Positions 1 to 9,472 of a DNA stretch of 63,330 nucleotides are shown piece by piece. The stretch comes from Mycoplasma sp. CAG:877 (GTDB taxonomy: Bacteria; Bacillota_I; Bacilli_A; RF39; UBA660). The stretch spans positions 193,202 to 256,531 of the forward strand of contig HF992499.1 of NCBI GenBank assembly GCA_000433455.1, given 5' to 3'. The translations under genes were made by a program, and so were the position numbers. The notes under the pieces were generated by a model, which saw only the letters and a list, made by a program, of their open reading frames with translations, was not told where the DNA came from and did not search any database. The number at the start of each line of letters is the position of its first letter. The stretch's first letter is position 1.

Positions 1-66
1 CAGACGCGCTAGACTTAGGATCTAGTGCCGTAAGGCTTGCAGGTTCAACTCCTGTTACCCGCACCA
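1..66 (+). tRNA. tRNA-Leu(UAG), 3' portion only (5' end lies outside the window)
   Basis: Anticodon arm CTAGA-CTTAGGA-TCTAG (anticodon TAG). Long variable arm typical of type II tRNAs. T-arm CAGG-TTCAACT-CCTG. 3' acceptor strand plus encoded CCA ending at 66. Confidence 0.85.
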
Positions 67-172
67 TATAGAATGTAAATATCAACTAACTAAGTTGGTA
101 TTTTTTTATACATTTTTCCGTAAAAAGTATGTTACAATATAATATATAAATAATATAGTAGGGAGTAACATT

Positions 173-1081
173 ATGAAGAAAAAAGACATGAAAAAACTAA
201 TAGTTTTAGTTATACTATTATTATCATACGCATACACAACTTTTATAAATACAGAGAATAAAAATCAAGAAGAACCAATTAAAGAAAGAAAAACAGAAGA
301 TGTTATTTTTGCTGATGAAAATACTCTAAATGTCTATTTTATAGATGTAGGTCAAGCTGATTCAATTCTTCTAGAAAACAAAGGTCATTATATGTTAATC
401 GATGCTGGTAATAATGAAGATGGTCCAAAGCTAGTTAACTATTTTAATGAACAAGACATAAAAGAATTTGACTATGTAGTAGGAACTCATGCCCATGAAG
501 ATCATATTGGTGGAATGGATGATATTATAAAAAACTTTAAAATAGATAATTTTTATATGCCTGATGCCATAACAACAACAAAAACATTTGAAGATGTATT
601 AGATGCCTTAGAAGAGACAAATGTTATCTTTCAAACTCCAAAAGTAAATCAAACATTTAACTTACAAGATACAACAATCACAACTCTGTCTGTAACAGCA
701 GATGAGAAAAATTTAAATGATACATCCATAGTTTTAAAAGTAAAACATGGTACCAATACATTTTTATTTATGGGAGATGCCTCAACAAAAATAGAAAAGA
801 ATCTCTTAAATAAAGATATAAAAAGTGATGTTTTAAAAGTGGGTCATCATGGTTCAAGATATTCAACTTCTCTTGAATTTCTAAAAAAAGTATCACCAGA
901 ATATGCCGTTATATCAGTAGGTGAAAACAATACATATAAACATCCTCACGAAGAAATCTTAAAAAGACTAGAAGAACAGAATATACAAATATATAGAACC
1001 GATAAACAAGGTACAATACTTGCTAAATCCAATGGTTCAATTATAACATTCAGTACTATAAAAACGGATACTAATGGGTAG
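173..1081 (+). CDS. MBL-fold metallo-hydrolase, ComEC C-terminal-domain-like, membrane-anchored
   Basis: N-terminal hydrophobic anchor. HxHxDH zinc motif (HAHEDHIGG) and a later GHHGS. GGGAG RBS upstream. Confidence 0.85.
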   Translation: MKKKDMKKLIVLVILLLSYAYTTFINTENKNQEEPIKERKTEDVIFADENTLNVYFIDVGQADSILLENKGHYMLIDAGNNEDGPKLVNYFNEQDIKEFDYVVGTHAHEDHIGGMDDIIKNFKIDNFYMPDAITTTKTFEDVLDALEETNVIFQTPKVNQTFNLQDTTITTLSVTADEKNLNDTSIVLKVKHGTNTFLFMGDASTKIEKNLLNKDIKSDVLKVGHHGSRYSTSLEFLKKVSPEYAVISVGENNTYKHPHEEILKRLEEQNIQIYRTDKQGTILAKSNGSIITFSTIKTDTNG

Positions 1082-1089
1082 GTGTAAAA

Positions 1090-1314
1090 ATGAAATATGC
1101 TATAGATAAAATTGAAGAAGATATAGTTATCTTAGAAAATCTAGAAACAAAAGAAAAAGAAGAAGTAAATATAAAAAACATACTCGGAGAAACTCATGAA
1201 GGAGCAATAGTTATAAAAAATAATGATACATATATAACAGACTCTAAAGAAGAAAATCTTCGAAGAAAAATGTTAAGAGAAAAACTAGAACGACTTAAAA
1301 ATAAACAATCATAA
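1090..1314 (+). CDS. DUF3006-like small protein
   Basis: 74 aa starting MKYAIDKIEEDIVILE.., with a charged C-terminal helix. This family typically follows ComEC-like MBL genes. Lies 8 nt after the upstream stop with an AGGTG RBS. Confidence 0.65.
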   Translation: MKYAIDKIEEDIVILENLETKEKEEVNIKNILGETHEGAIVIKNNDTYITDSKEENLRRKMLREKLERLKNKQS

Positions 1315-1386
1315 AATAGTCCTAATTGAAAATAAAAAATTAATATGTTAAAATATCAATAGAGTAAAAAGGAGAGTACTAGTACT

Positions 1387-1899
1387 ATGAAAAAGAAAAA
1401 TATTCTAATAAAAATTCTACTAATAGTCATAATAGTTGTTTCAACAAACTTTATACTACTACCTCCACTTTTTAGACTAACGATAGCTGATGTAGATTTA
1501 ACTGGATCTACAGTCAAAGATCCACAAAAGAATAATCTAATAGTTTTATCATGTAAAAAGTATGATTTACAAACATCAACTTTAGTAACAAGCAGAACAA
1601 GGTATAAAGAAGAAATACCGGAACAAAACTTTATAACATATGAAAAAACCAGCTCAAATAATGAACTGACTAGCAGTCTTCCATCTTATAAAAAACCAGA
1701 TGAAGAAATAGAATTCTTCTCAAATATTGATGGAATAGAAATAAATACAACCGACCAAAAGACAACAGTATTAATTTCTAAGTATGTAGTTAGTATGAAT
1801 GAGGCCAACTTTACCTTAGCAAAATATTTTAATTCAAAAGATGAACAACGTAAATTCTATGAAGAACAAGGTTACAAATGTGAAGAGACTAAGAGTTAG
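1387..1899 (+). CDS. Membrane-anchored hypothetical protein with Cys-bracketed ectodomain
   Basis: AAGGAGAG RBS and one N-terminal TM helix. The ectodomain begins ..IVLSCKK and ends ..QGYKCEETKS. Confidence 0.6.
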   Translation: MKKKNILIKILLIVIIVVSTNFILLPPLFRLTIADVDLTGSTVKDPQKNNLIVLSCKKYDLQTSTLVTSRTRYKEEIPEQNFITYEKTSSNNELTSSLPSYKKPDEEIEFFSNIDGIEINTTDQKTTVLISKYVVSMNEANFTLAKYFNSKDEQRKFYEEQGYKCEETKS

Positions 1900-2293
1900 T
1901 CTTTTTTAAATGCTCTTTTATATCACCAGCAGGATGATACACATTCTTTGGATTTATCTTTAAAATATCTTTTATATAGTCACTATTTTCTATATTAGTC
2001 GCTAAGAACTTAACTTTCTTATAGTATAATCTTTTCTTAGTTCGATCTTGTACTCTCTCTATTGCTTTTTCTAAATCTGAACTTTCTCCATCATAATACT
2101 TAAACTTATAATCAATACCCATATCACTTCTAATAGGAATAACTTCCTTCATATAAACTATATAAGAATTATTTTTATATTCAACACCAACTCCTTGAAT
2201 AATTGCTAAATCATTTAACTCGTGATACTCTGGTATTTTTATAATAAAACCAAATGTAATAATTAAAACAACAAGTACTATAATCTTTTTCAT
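1889..2293 (-). CDS. Mini GerAC-like (Ger(x)C N-terminal-region-like) membrane-anchored protein
   Basis: ATG overlaps the TGA of the upstream GerAA-family gene (ATGA at 2290-2293). Hydrophobic N-terminus without a lipobox Cys. DLAIIQGVGVEY..YIVYMKEV resembles the start of Ger(x)C lipoproteins. Only 134 aa. Confidence 0.45.
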   Translation of the reverse strand: MKKIIVLVVLIITFGFIIKIPEYHELNDLAIIQGVGVEYKNNSYIVYMKEVIPIRSDMGIDYKFKYYDGESSDLEKAIERVQDRTKKRLYYKKVKFLATNIENSDYIKDILKINPKNVYHPAGDIKEHLKKTNS

Positions 2294-3699
2294 TTATATC
2301 TTCCTCTCACAATATTCTTCGTCAAGAAAGAATTTCTCTTCTTTACACTTTCTTCTCTTTTAATAAAAGAGTCATTAATTTCATTCTTATCAAATGGAAT
2401 AAATGGTACCAAGTAAGGTATACCAAATACTTTTAAAGTAAGTAGTTTATAAATCATATAAATAGTACCAATTATAACTCCATATATTCCAAGTAGTGTC
2501 CCTAAAAGTAATAATATTATTTTATATAGTCGTAAGGCATTAACTAATTCAATGGAAGAAAAAACAAGTCCTGCAATCGAAGAGATAGCTACTACTATAA
2601 TCATAATAGGTGAAACTATTCCAGCACTAACTGCCGCATCTCCTAAAATTAATCCCCCAAGTATTGAAATAGAAGATCCAGATGTATTAGACATCCTAAT
2701 ATCAGATTCTTTAAGTATTTCAAAACAGACAATCATAAATAATGCCTCTATATATGCCGGAAAAGGTACAAAAGTTCTACCAGCTTTAAGCATTAATAAT
2801 AAATCAAGTGGTACTATATCATAATTTCTAGTCGTAACAGCAATATAACAAGCCGGTGTAAATATAGCAATTAAAAAGGCAAAAAAACGTATAATCCTAA
2901 TAAATGTTGTATTAAAAGACTTTTGATAGTAGTCATCTGTTGTATGAAAAAAATCTATAAAAAAACTCGGTAAAATTAAAGCATAAGGACTCATATCAAC
3001 AAGTATCACAACTTTTCCCTCTAATAATGCCATTGCACTTTTATCAGGTCTCTCACTCATCATAATAGTAGGAAAAAAACTTTTCTGTCCCTCTAAAGTA
3101 ATTTTTAAATAACTGGAATCAATTATTCCATCAATATCAATTCTCCTAAGCACTTCATCAATTCTCTTAACAATTTTTTTATCTACAATATCATCTATAT
3201 ATAAAATGCCAACCTTAGTCTTACTTCTAACTCCAATATCTAAATTCATAACTTTCAAGTCGCATGACTTAATTCTTCTCCTAATTAATCCTAAATTAGT
3301 ATTATAATTTTCTGAAAAACTATCTTTTGGTCCAGACAAAGATAATTCACTCTGAATATTATTAATACCTCTGTCTAACTTAGCCTTAACTTCAACTGCA
3401 TAAATTTTCTTATAAAATATAATTAAAAATCCATTATTAACAAAGTCATATATTTGATTCTTCTTAATCTTAGAAATATTAACAGTTGGTAAATGATCTT
3501 CCAATCTCTTAAAATTATTTTTCTTTAAATTAAGTAAACTCTTAAGTACAAAATTATCTATACTAGAACTATCTGTAAGAACCTCATTATAAAACAAAGT
3601 TAAAGTCTTCCCATCAATACATATATCTTTGATTTTATAATCGTTTGAAGTTCCAACTCTTGTTTTAATCTCTTTAACTATACTCATAAAAATCACCAT
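2290..3699 (-). CDS. Spore germination protein, GerAA/SpoVAF family
   Basis: 469 aa with a soluble N-terminal domain plus a C-terminal multi-TM region. Typical GerA-family stretches (LSGPKDSFSE, GLIRRRI, MSERPD, ILGGLILGDAAV). Alternative start at 3687. Confidence 0.85.
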   Translation of the reverse strand: MVIFMSIVKEIKTRVGTSNDYKIKDICIDGKTLTLFYNEVLTDSSSIDNFVLKSLLNLKKNNFKRLEDHLPTVNISKIKKNQIYDFVNNGFLIIFYKKIYAVEVKAKLDRGINNIQSELSLSGPKDSFSENYNTNLGLIRRRIKSCDLKVMNLDIGVRSKTKVGILYIDDIVDKKIVKRIDEVLRRIDIDGIIDSSYLKITLEGQKSFFPTIMMSERPDKSAMALLEGKVVILVDMSPYALILPSFFIDFFHTTDDYYQKSFNTTFIRIIRFFAFLIAIFTPACYIAVTTRNYDIVPLDLLLMLKAGRTFVPFPAYIEALFMIVCFEILKESDIRMSNTSGSSISILGGLILGDAAVSAGIVSPIMIIVVAISSIAGLVFSSIELVNALRLYKIILLLLGTLLGIYGVIIGTIYMIYKLLTLKVFGIPYLVPFIPFDKNEINDSFIKREESVKKRNSFLTKNIVRGRYK

Positions 3700-3764
3700 T
3701 ACTATTATGTATTTTTATTTTAAAAACTATGTATAGTTTGCTATAATATAAATAGAGGTATATT

Positions 3765-4955
3765 ATGAAAGTTAAAATAGAAAAATTAGATCATTTTGGT
3801 CGTGGTATTACAAATATTAATAATAAAATATGTTTTGTTGAAAATGCTCTTCCTAATGAAATTGTTAATATCGAAATTATAAAAGAAACTAAAAAATATT
3901 TTCTAGCAAAAACGATAGATTTTATTGAAAAGTCTCCATCTCGTATTATTGAGCCTTGTCCTTTTTATAATAAATGTGGTGGTTGTAATTTAGAACATTT
4001 ATCTTTTTCTAGGGAAAATGAATTTAAGCGAAGAAAAGTCCAAGAACTCCTAGTAAAGTTTGCTAAAATAAATCCAACCCTTGTCAAAGAAACAATCTTT
4101 TCTGATGAGTATAATTACAGAAACAAAGTAACTTTTCATGGCAATGGTAATATTTTTGGCTATTACAAAGAAAATTCTAATGATTTATTAAAAATAGATA
4201 AATGTCTTCTTTTAGATAAAAGAATAAATGAAATAGTAAAACTTCTTCAGACAGAATCTAATAAAATTACCGAACTATTAATTAGAACCAATAACGATTC
4301 TAGTAAGATAATGCTTAAAATAACTGGACAAGTAAACGATATAGAGACTTTAAAGAATAAGGTTGACGTTCTCTTCATAAATAGTAAATGTCTAACTAAA
4401 GAAGATAAAATAATCACAACAATCGGTTCTAAAAAATACTACGTATCGATAGACTCTTTCTTTCAAGTAAATAAAACTTTAACAGAGAAACTATATGATA
4501 AGGTAAAAGAGCAAGTAGAAAAAGTAAGGCCAAACAGACTTCTTGATTTGTATTGTGGCACAGGTAGTATTGGTATCTATGCATCAGATTTTACCAAAGA
4601 AATAATTGGAGTAGATTATTCTAAATCTAATATCGAAGACGCCAACAAAAATAAAAAATTAAACAATCTAAAAAACATTACTTTTATAAACGATAAAGTA
4701 GAAAACGTAATCGATACTTTTAAAGATATTGATATGATTATTGTAGATCCTCCAAGAGCTGGTCTTGATCAAAAGACAATTAATAATATAGAAAGAATTT
4801 CTCCAAGGCATCTTATCTATGTATCGTGTGATCCTGCCACTCTTGCTAGAGATCTGAATTTATTAACAAATTACGAAATAGAAGAAGTAACACCATTTAA
4901 TATGTTTCCAAGAACCTATCATGTAGAAACGGTTTGCATTTTAAAGCATAGATAA
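3765..4955 (+). CDS. 23S rRNA (uracil-C5)-methyltransferase, RumA/RlmD family
   Basis: TRAM-like N-terminus. Cys cluster CPFYNKCGGCNLEH (Fe-S site). SAM motif DLYCGTGSIG. VDPPRAG and YVSCDPAT catalytic motifs. Confidence 0.9.
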   Translation: MKVKIEKLDHFGRGITNINNKICFVENALPNEIVNIEIIKETKKYFLAKTIDFIEKSPSRIIEPCPFYNKCGGCNLEHLSFSRENEFKRRKVQELLVKFAKINPTLVKETIFSDEYNYRNKVTFHGNGNIFGYYKENSNDLLKIDKCLLLDKRINEIVKLLQTESNKITELLIRTNNDSSKIMLKITGQVNDIETLKNKVDVLFINSKCLTKEDKIITTIGSKKYYVSIDSFFQVNKTLTEKLYDKVKEQVEKVRPNRLLDLYCGTGSIGIYASDFTKEIIGVDYSKSNIEDANKNKKLNNLKNITFINDKVENVIDTFKDIDMIIVDPPRAGLDQKTINNIERISPRHLIYVSCDPATLARDLNLLTNYEIEEVTPFNMFPRTYHVETVCILKHR

Positions 4956-5005
4956 AAAAAATCCTAGCAATACATATGAATAAAGTTACAGAAGAGGGAA
5001 TTAAT

Positions 5006-5485
5006 ATGAGCAAAGAAGATTTAAAATTTAAAATTGACAACTTTGATTTTCATTCGAGGGCTAGTGTCATTATTTACAATAAAGATAAATCAAAAGTATT
5101 ATTATTTAAAGTGGAAGATGACAGAAATTTTTATCTATTACCAGGCGACAAAATTCATATCAATGAGGACAGTCTATCAGCCATAAAAAGAGAAGTAAAA
5201 GAAGAACTTGGTTATGACTTAGAATTTACTTTTAGTAGCATTAATGAAAATTTCCTTATTAAGGAAAACACAAAAATCATGCAATATGAATTTTTATATA
5301 AAGCCATTTACTATGGTCCAATAGAAAAAGAAATATTTAATTGTCTAGATCGAGAGAACCAAACATTTCATTGGATAAGTATAAAAGATATTGATAAAGT
5401 TAAAATTCTCCCAAGTAACCTAACACAAATTATCAAAAACTATGATTATAATCAAATTCATAACATTTTAAAAAATATAGAATAA
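5006..5485 (+). CDS. NUDIX hydrolase
   Basis: Nudix box E-DSLSAIK-REVKEELGY. GAGGGA RBS supports the ATG at 5006 rather than the ORF-track start at 4976. Confidence 0.8.
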   Translation: MSKEDLKFKIDNFDFHSRASVIIYNKDKSKVLLFKVEDDRNFYLLPGDKIHINEDSLSAIKREVKEELGYDLEFTFSSINENFLIKENTKIMQYEFLYKAIYYGPIEKEIFNCLDRENQTFHWISIKDIDKVKILPSNLTQIIKNYDYNQIHNILKNIE

Positions 5486-5508
5486 CTAAAAAAGTAGAGG
5501 ATATTTAT

Positions 5509-5940
5509 ATGATAAAAGAAGTAACTAGTATTGAAGAGGCAAATGTATGTGATGAACTATTAACAAAACTAATATTAGATGAAAGAAAATATAATAAGGC
5601 AATTAGTGAAAATGTTGTCATAAAAGACTATTTTAGTAAACTGTTAAATGATAAAAATATCAAATTATTGGCATATTACTTAAATACTGAAATTGTTGGG
5701 TACATATTAATAAGAAAAACAGAACCAAATACCTGCTTATTAGACGGCCTATACGTATTAGAAGAACACCGCAATAAAAAGATTGCCAAAAGCTTGTTAA
5801 TAGAAGCACTAAAAAAATGCCAGGAGTTAAATGTAAACTATATTGATATTAACGTTATGGTAGAAAACAAAATAGCTCTAGAACTTTATAAGAAATTAGG
5901 TTTTACTGAACTTGAGGTAAAATTGAGAAAGAATCTTTAA
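5509..5940 (+). CDS. GNAT family N-acetyltransferase
   Basis: 143 aa with a GNAT-like core (..VGYILIR.., EEHRNKKIAKSLL, LELYKKLGF). Confidence 0.75.
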   Translation: MIKEVTSIEEANVCDELLTKLILDERKYNKAISENVVIKDYFSKLLNDKNIKLLAYYLNTEIVGYILIRKTEPNTCLLDGLYVLEEHRNKKIAKSLLIEALKKCQELNVNYIDINVMVENKIALELYKKLGFTELEVKLRKNL

Positions 5941-6220
5941 ATATATTATAAATGAACATTAATAGATATCAAGACTGCGCAACAACAATAGAAATGGAAA
6001 AACAGTCATTGCGACCAGCCATCACAAAAAAATTAACCAATATGGAAGAATATTCAACAATGAAAGAGATTATCATCCACAACCTCTCCAGAAACAATAA
6101 AAGAATTTACATCTGAATTTTAAACTGTAAATTTATAGATTAAAGAATCGAATAAAATTGGTTCTTTTTTTAATAAATGATATAATTAAAAAGTAATACC
6201 TATCACAAAGGAATGATTTA

Positions 6221-6847
6221 ATGAAATTAGAAAAGCCAAAATTCCACAATTTAGAAGAAAAGAAAATATTAGATTGTTTAGAAACAAAAAATTTTACGAA
6301 TGGCTTATTTAAAGAAAAAACAGAAGATGATATTGTAATAAAAGATATAACTTTTGATACCTGTGTTTTTGAAAATGTTGACTTTACCAAGATAAAACTA
6401 GAAAATGTTGATTTAATAGACGTCCATTTTAAAAATTGTGATTTATCTAATCAAAACTTTGATAAACAATTTTTAAGACGAGTGTTATTTGAAAATTGTA
6501 AGTTAATAGGTGTAAGTTTTATAGAGGCCTCTTTAAAGAATATAGAATTTATCAATTGTAATGCTAAATACATAAATTTTTCATCAGGTAAATTAGTAAA
6601 TTTAAAAATAGAAGAAAGTGATTTTAGTGAATCAACCTTTTCAAGACTAGATCTAACTAATTTAGAGTTAAACAATGTAAAATTACATAGCACCGAATTT
6701 ATAAGAACAAATCTAAAAGATACTGATTTTTCGACATGCGATATTACTAATATTTTATTTGATCAAACTTCATTAAAAGGCATAGTAATAGATGACTTTC
6801 AAGCTATGAATATTGCTAGCTTATTTGGTGTAAAAATAAAAAATTAA
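6221..6847 (+). CDS. Pentapeptide-repeat protein, Qnr/EfsQnr-like size and C-terminus
   Basis: 208 aa, almost entirely A(D/N)LxX-type pentapeptide repeats (FENVDFTKIKLENVDLIDVHFKNCDLSNQNF..). The C-terminal ..LKGIVIDDFQAMNIASLFGVKI resembles the Qnr-like dimerisation end. Confidence 0.7.
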   Translation: MKLEKPKFHNLEEKKILDCLETKNFTNGLFKEKTEDDIVIKDITFDTCVFENVDFTKIKLENVDLIDVHFKNCDLSNQNFDKQFLRRVLFENCKLIGVSFIEASLKNIEFINCNAKYINFSSGKLVNLKIEESDFSESTFSRLDLTNLELNNVKLHSTEFIRTNLKDTDFSTCDITNILFDQTSLKGIVIDDFQAMNIASLFGVKIKN

Positions 6848-6865
6848 AGTAGAGGAGACGCAATT

Positions 6866-7354
6866 ATGAACAAAGAACAAATATATCGCTATCTAAAACA
6901 AAAAAATATTTGGTATGAAATAACCAAACATAAAGCTGTCTATAATATGAAAGATTTACAGGATGTAGATCTTCCATATCCAGAAGGTGATGCTAAGAAC
7001 TTATTTGTCCGTGATGATAAAAAAAGAAATTATTATTTAATAACAGTAAAAGGCACAAAAAAAGTAGATTTAAAAGAATTTAGACATCAAAACAATACTA
7101 GACCACTAAGTTTTGTTAACGAAAAAGAACTCTTAGAGCTACTTAATTTAAAACCAGGATCAGTTACACCTTTAGGTCTATTAAATGATAAAGAACATAA
7201 AGTAGAATTTTTCATTGATAATGAACTGCTGGAGGAACCAGGAATAATAGGAGTTCATCCAAACGAGAACACCGCAACAGTCTGGTTAAAAACTAGAGAT
7301 TTAATAACTATCCTAAAAGAAAATAATGTCAAAGTTTATCAAGTACAAATATAA
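6866..7354 (+). CDS. YbaK/ProX-type aminoacyl-tRNA editing domain protein
   Basis: 162 aa with motifs KNLFVRD, YLITV.G.KKVDLK and GSVTPLGL, typical of prolyl-tRNA-synthetase-associated deacylases. Confidence 0.75.
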   Translation: MNKEQIYRYLKQKNIWYEITKHKAVYNMKDLQDVDLPYPEGDAKNLFVRDDKKRNYYLITVKGTKKVDLKEFRHQNNTRPLSFVNEKELLELLNLKPGSVTPLGLLNDKEHKVEFFIDNELLEEPGIIGVHPNENTATVWLKTRDLITILKENNVKVYQVQI

Positions 7355-7696
7355 TAAAAAAACTAGAACAAAAAAATTTCCAAAAAGATTCATGAGACTT
7401 GTAATAGTCCAACTTTTAATCTATAATTAGAAAAATAGATTAAGAGTTGTCTATAAAATAAAAAAAATGGAAGTGTACCATATCTAATAAAATATATATT
7501 ATAAGGCAAAAACATTTCAAATAAAAATAACGGTTAGAGAAACAGAAATAAAATACATTCTAAAACTACTAGACTAAAACATTAATTATAAAAAATAGAT
7601 ATGAAAAAACCAGATTTATATATCTATAATTAAAAAATAATCATTATAAAAAGAATACCAAAACTAGAATAATATCTTTAAAAGGAGTAATAATAA

Positions 7697-8416
7697 ATGA
7701 AAAAGAAAATAAAACTTTTAAAATTTTGCCTTGTAGTAGTAAGCCTCCTGATGTATTTTTACTTAGTCTTTCATAATAGAAATCAATATCTATATAATAT
7801 GTCATATCTGAAATGTATTTTGTATATGTTGCTAGTATCATTATCCATCTACATATTTGGCTTAATCGAAAATAAAGAGAAATTTTACAAAGAAAATATC
7901 ATCATCTATATCATATTATTTATGATTCTCTTAATAAGTTTTGTCTTTATTTTAAAAAGACCAACTATTCACTTCTATAAAAACTGGTATTCTGGTCAGT
8001 TGCAACCGTTTCATACTATAATATCTCAATTAGAAAAAGCTAGTCTAAGAACCTTCTTAAAAAATATAATAGGTAATATGTTTGCCTTAGTACCATTGTC
8101 CTTATTATTAATACTACTAAATGATAAGTATAAAAGAATATCAAAACAGACCATAATCATTTTACCAACAATTATTCTAATTGAACTATTGCAGGCTTTC
8201 ACTCATACTGGAACATTCGATGTAGATGACATAATTTTAAATTATTTAGGTGCTATAATTTTTGTCATCTTTCTAAAAAAAATAAAATTAATAAACAAAA
8301 TAAAGCCTTTATTTTATAAAGATTTTAAATTAAAAAATAAAACAAAATATCTTACACTCTTTATAACTTTAACTATTCTAATTGTTTTCATCACCATAAC
8401 ACTAATAAAGTTATAA
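7697..8416 (+). CDS. VanZ family membrane protein
   Basis: Multi-TM protein with the VanZ signature region IELLQAFTHTGTFDVDDIILNYLGAIIF. Confidence 0.7.
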   Translation: MKKKIKLLKFCLVVVSLLMYFYLVFHNRNQYLYNMSYLKCILYMLLVSLSIYIFGLIENKEKFYKENIIIYIILFMILLISFVFILKRPTIHFYKNWYSGQLQPFHTIISQLEKASLRTFLKNIIGNMFALVPLSLLLILLNDKYKRISKQTIIILPTIILIELLQAFTHTGTFDVDDIILNYLGAIIFVIFLKKIKLINKIKPLFYKDFKLKNKTKYLTLFITLTILIVFITITLIKL

Positions 8417-8437
8417 AAGTATGAAAAAGGAGTAAAT

Positions 8438-9373
8438 ATGAAAAACATAACAATAATAGGTGGCGGAGTATTAGGTTCCCAAATAGCCTTCCAAGTTGCC
8501 TATACAAACTTTAACGTAACTATTTGGGCCAGAAGTAAAGAAAGTATTGAAAGGACTAAAAAGAAAATAGAATCATTAAAACAAACTTATACAAATGAAA
8601 TTAATAAAATGGTTAAAAATAAAACCCTATCTGCTTGGTGTATGGGAATAAGTGATTACGATAACTTTGATAAAGAAAAAAGTCTATCTCAAGTAAAAAA
8701 AGCTTTTAAAAATATAAAATTCACGCTAAGTTTAGAAGATGCTATAAAAGATGCCGACTTAGTAATTGAGTCGATGACCGAAGACTTTAATGCCAAGAAA
8801 GACTTATATAAAGTACTTGCTCCAATTTTGGAAGAGAAAACTATTGTTGTTACAAATTCTTCTACTATGTTACCAAGTAGTCTTGCTAAATACACAAAAA
8901 GACCAGATAAATTTTTAGCTCTACATTTTGCAAATTCAATCTGGAAAAATAATACAGCTGAAGTAATGAAACATAGTAAAACCTCCGATGATAGCTTTAA
9001 TAAAGTAATAGACTTTGCTAAAGAGATAAATATGATTGTTCTACCTCTTCAAAAAGAAAAAGAGGGCTACTTACTAAATTCCATGTTAATACCATTTTTG
9101 TTTTCTGCTTTAGACTTATATGTAAATAACATTTCTAATCCAGAAACAATTGATAAAGCTTGGGTACTAGGGACATCAGCTAAAGAAGGTCCATTTCAAA
9201 TACTAGATGTAGTTGGTCTAAAAACAGCCTACGAAATAGTAAAGAAATACGCTAAAGTACCAAGTTTCTTAGCTCCATATAATTTTAAGGGTATGGAAAA
9301 ATTATTAAAAACATACATTGATAACAATAAACTTGGTAAATCAACTGGTGAAGGTTTTTATAAATATAAATAG
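8438..9373 (+). CDS. 3-hydroxyacyl-CoA dehydrogenase family protein
   Basis: N-terminal Rossmann motif ITIIGGGVLGSQIA. HFANS..N..AEV and a C-terminal dimerisation-domain pattern (GPFQILDVVGL, GKSTGEGFYKY). Confidence 0.8.
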   Translation: MKNITIIGGGVLGSQIAFQVAYTNFNVTIWARSKESIERTKKKIESLKQTYTNEINKMVKNKTLSAWCMGISDYDNFDKEKSLSQVKKAFKNIKFTLSLEDAIKDADLVIESMTEDFNAKKDLYKVLAPILEEKTIVVTNSSTMLPSSLAKYTKRPDKFLALHFANSIWKNNTAEVMKHSKTSDDSFNKVIDFAKEINMIVLPLQKEKEGYLLNSMLIPFLFSALDLYVNNISNPETIDKAWVLGTSAKEGPFQILDVVGLKTAYEIVKKYAKVPSFLAPYNFKGMEKLLKTYIDNNKLGKSTGEGFYKYK

Positions 9374-9472
9374 AAAAAAGTAACTTGTTAAGAATAATTG
9401 CGAAAGTTCCACTGATTATTGGTAGAGTAAAAAAATAAAAACTGATATATTATTTGTGAAAGGAGAATGAAT

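Noticed and set aside
2552-2824. 90-aa + strand ORF inside the GerAA-family gene. Similar antisense ORFs occur at 6133-6390, 6451-6693, 8689-8895, 10362-10544, 11629-12483, 12643-12882, 31933-32226, 32965-33288, 42799-43176, 45401-46018 and elsewhere.
   Set aside because: They lie entirely within, and antisense to, genes with clear family motifs. They have no RBS and a hydrophobic or low-complexity composition typical of shadow ORFs in AT-rich DNA.
5952-6116. 54-codon ORF (MNINRYQDCATTIEMEKQSLRPAITKK...) in the 280-bp gap after the GNAT gene. The local DNA looks slightly less AT-rich.
   Set aside because: It has no Shine-Dalgarno sequence and no recognisable motif. It could be a gene remnant, but I cannot support a call.
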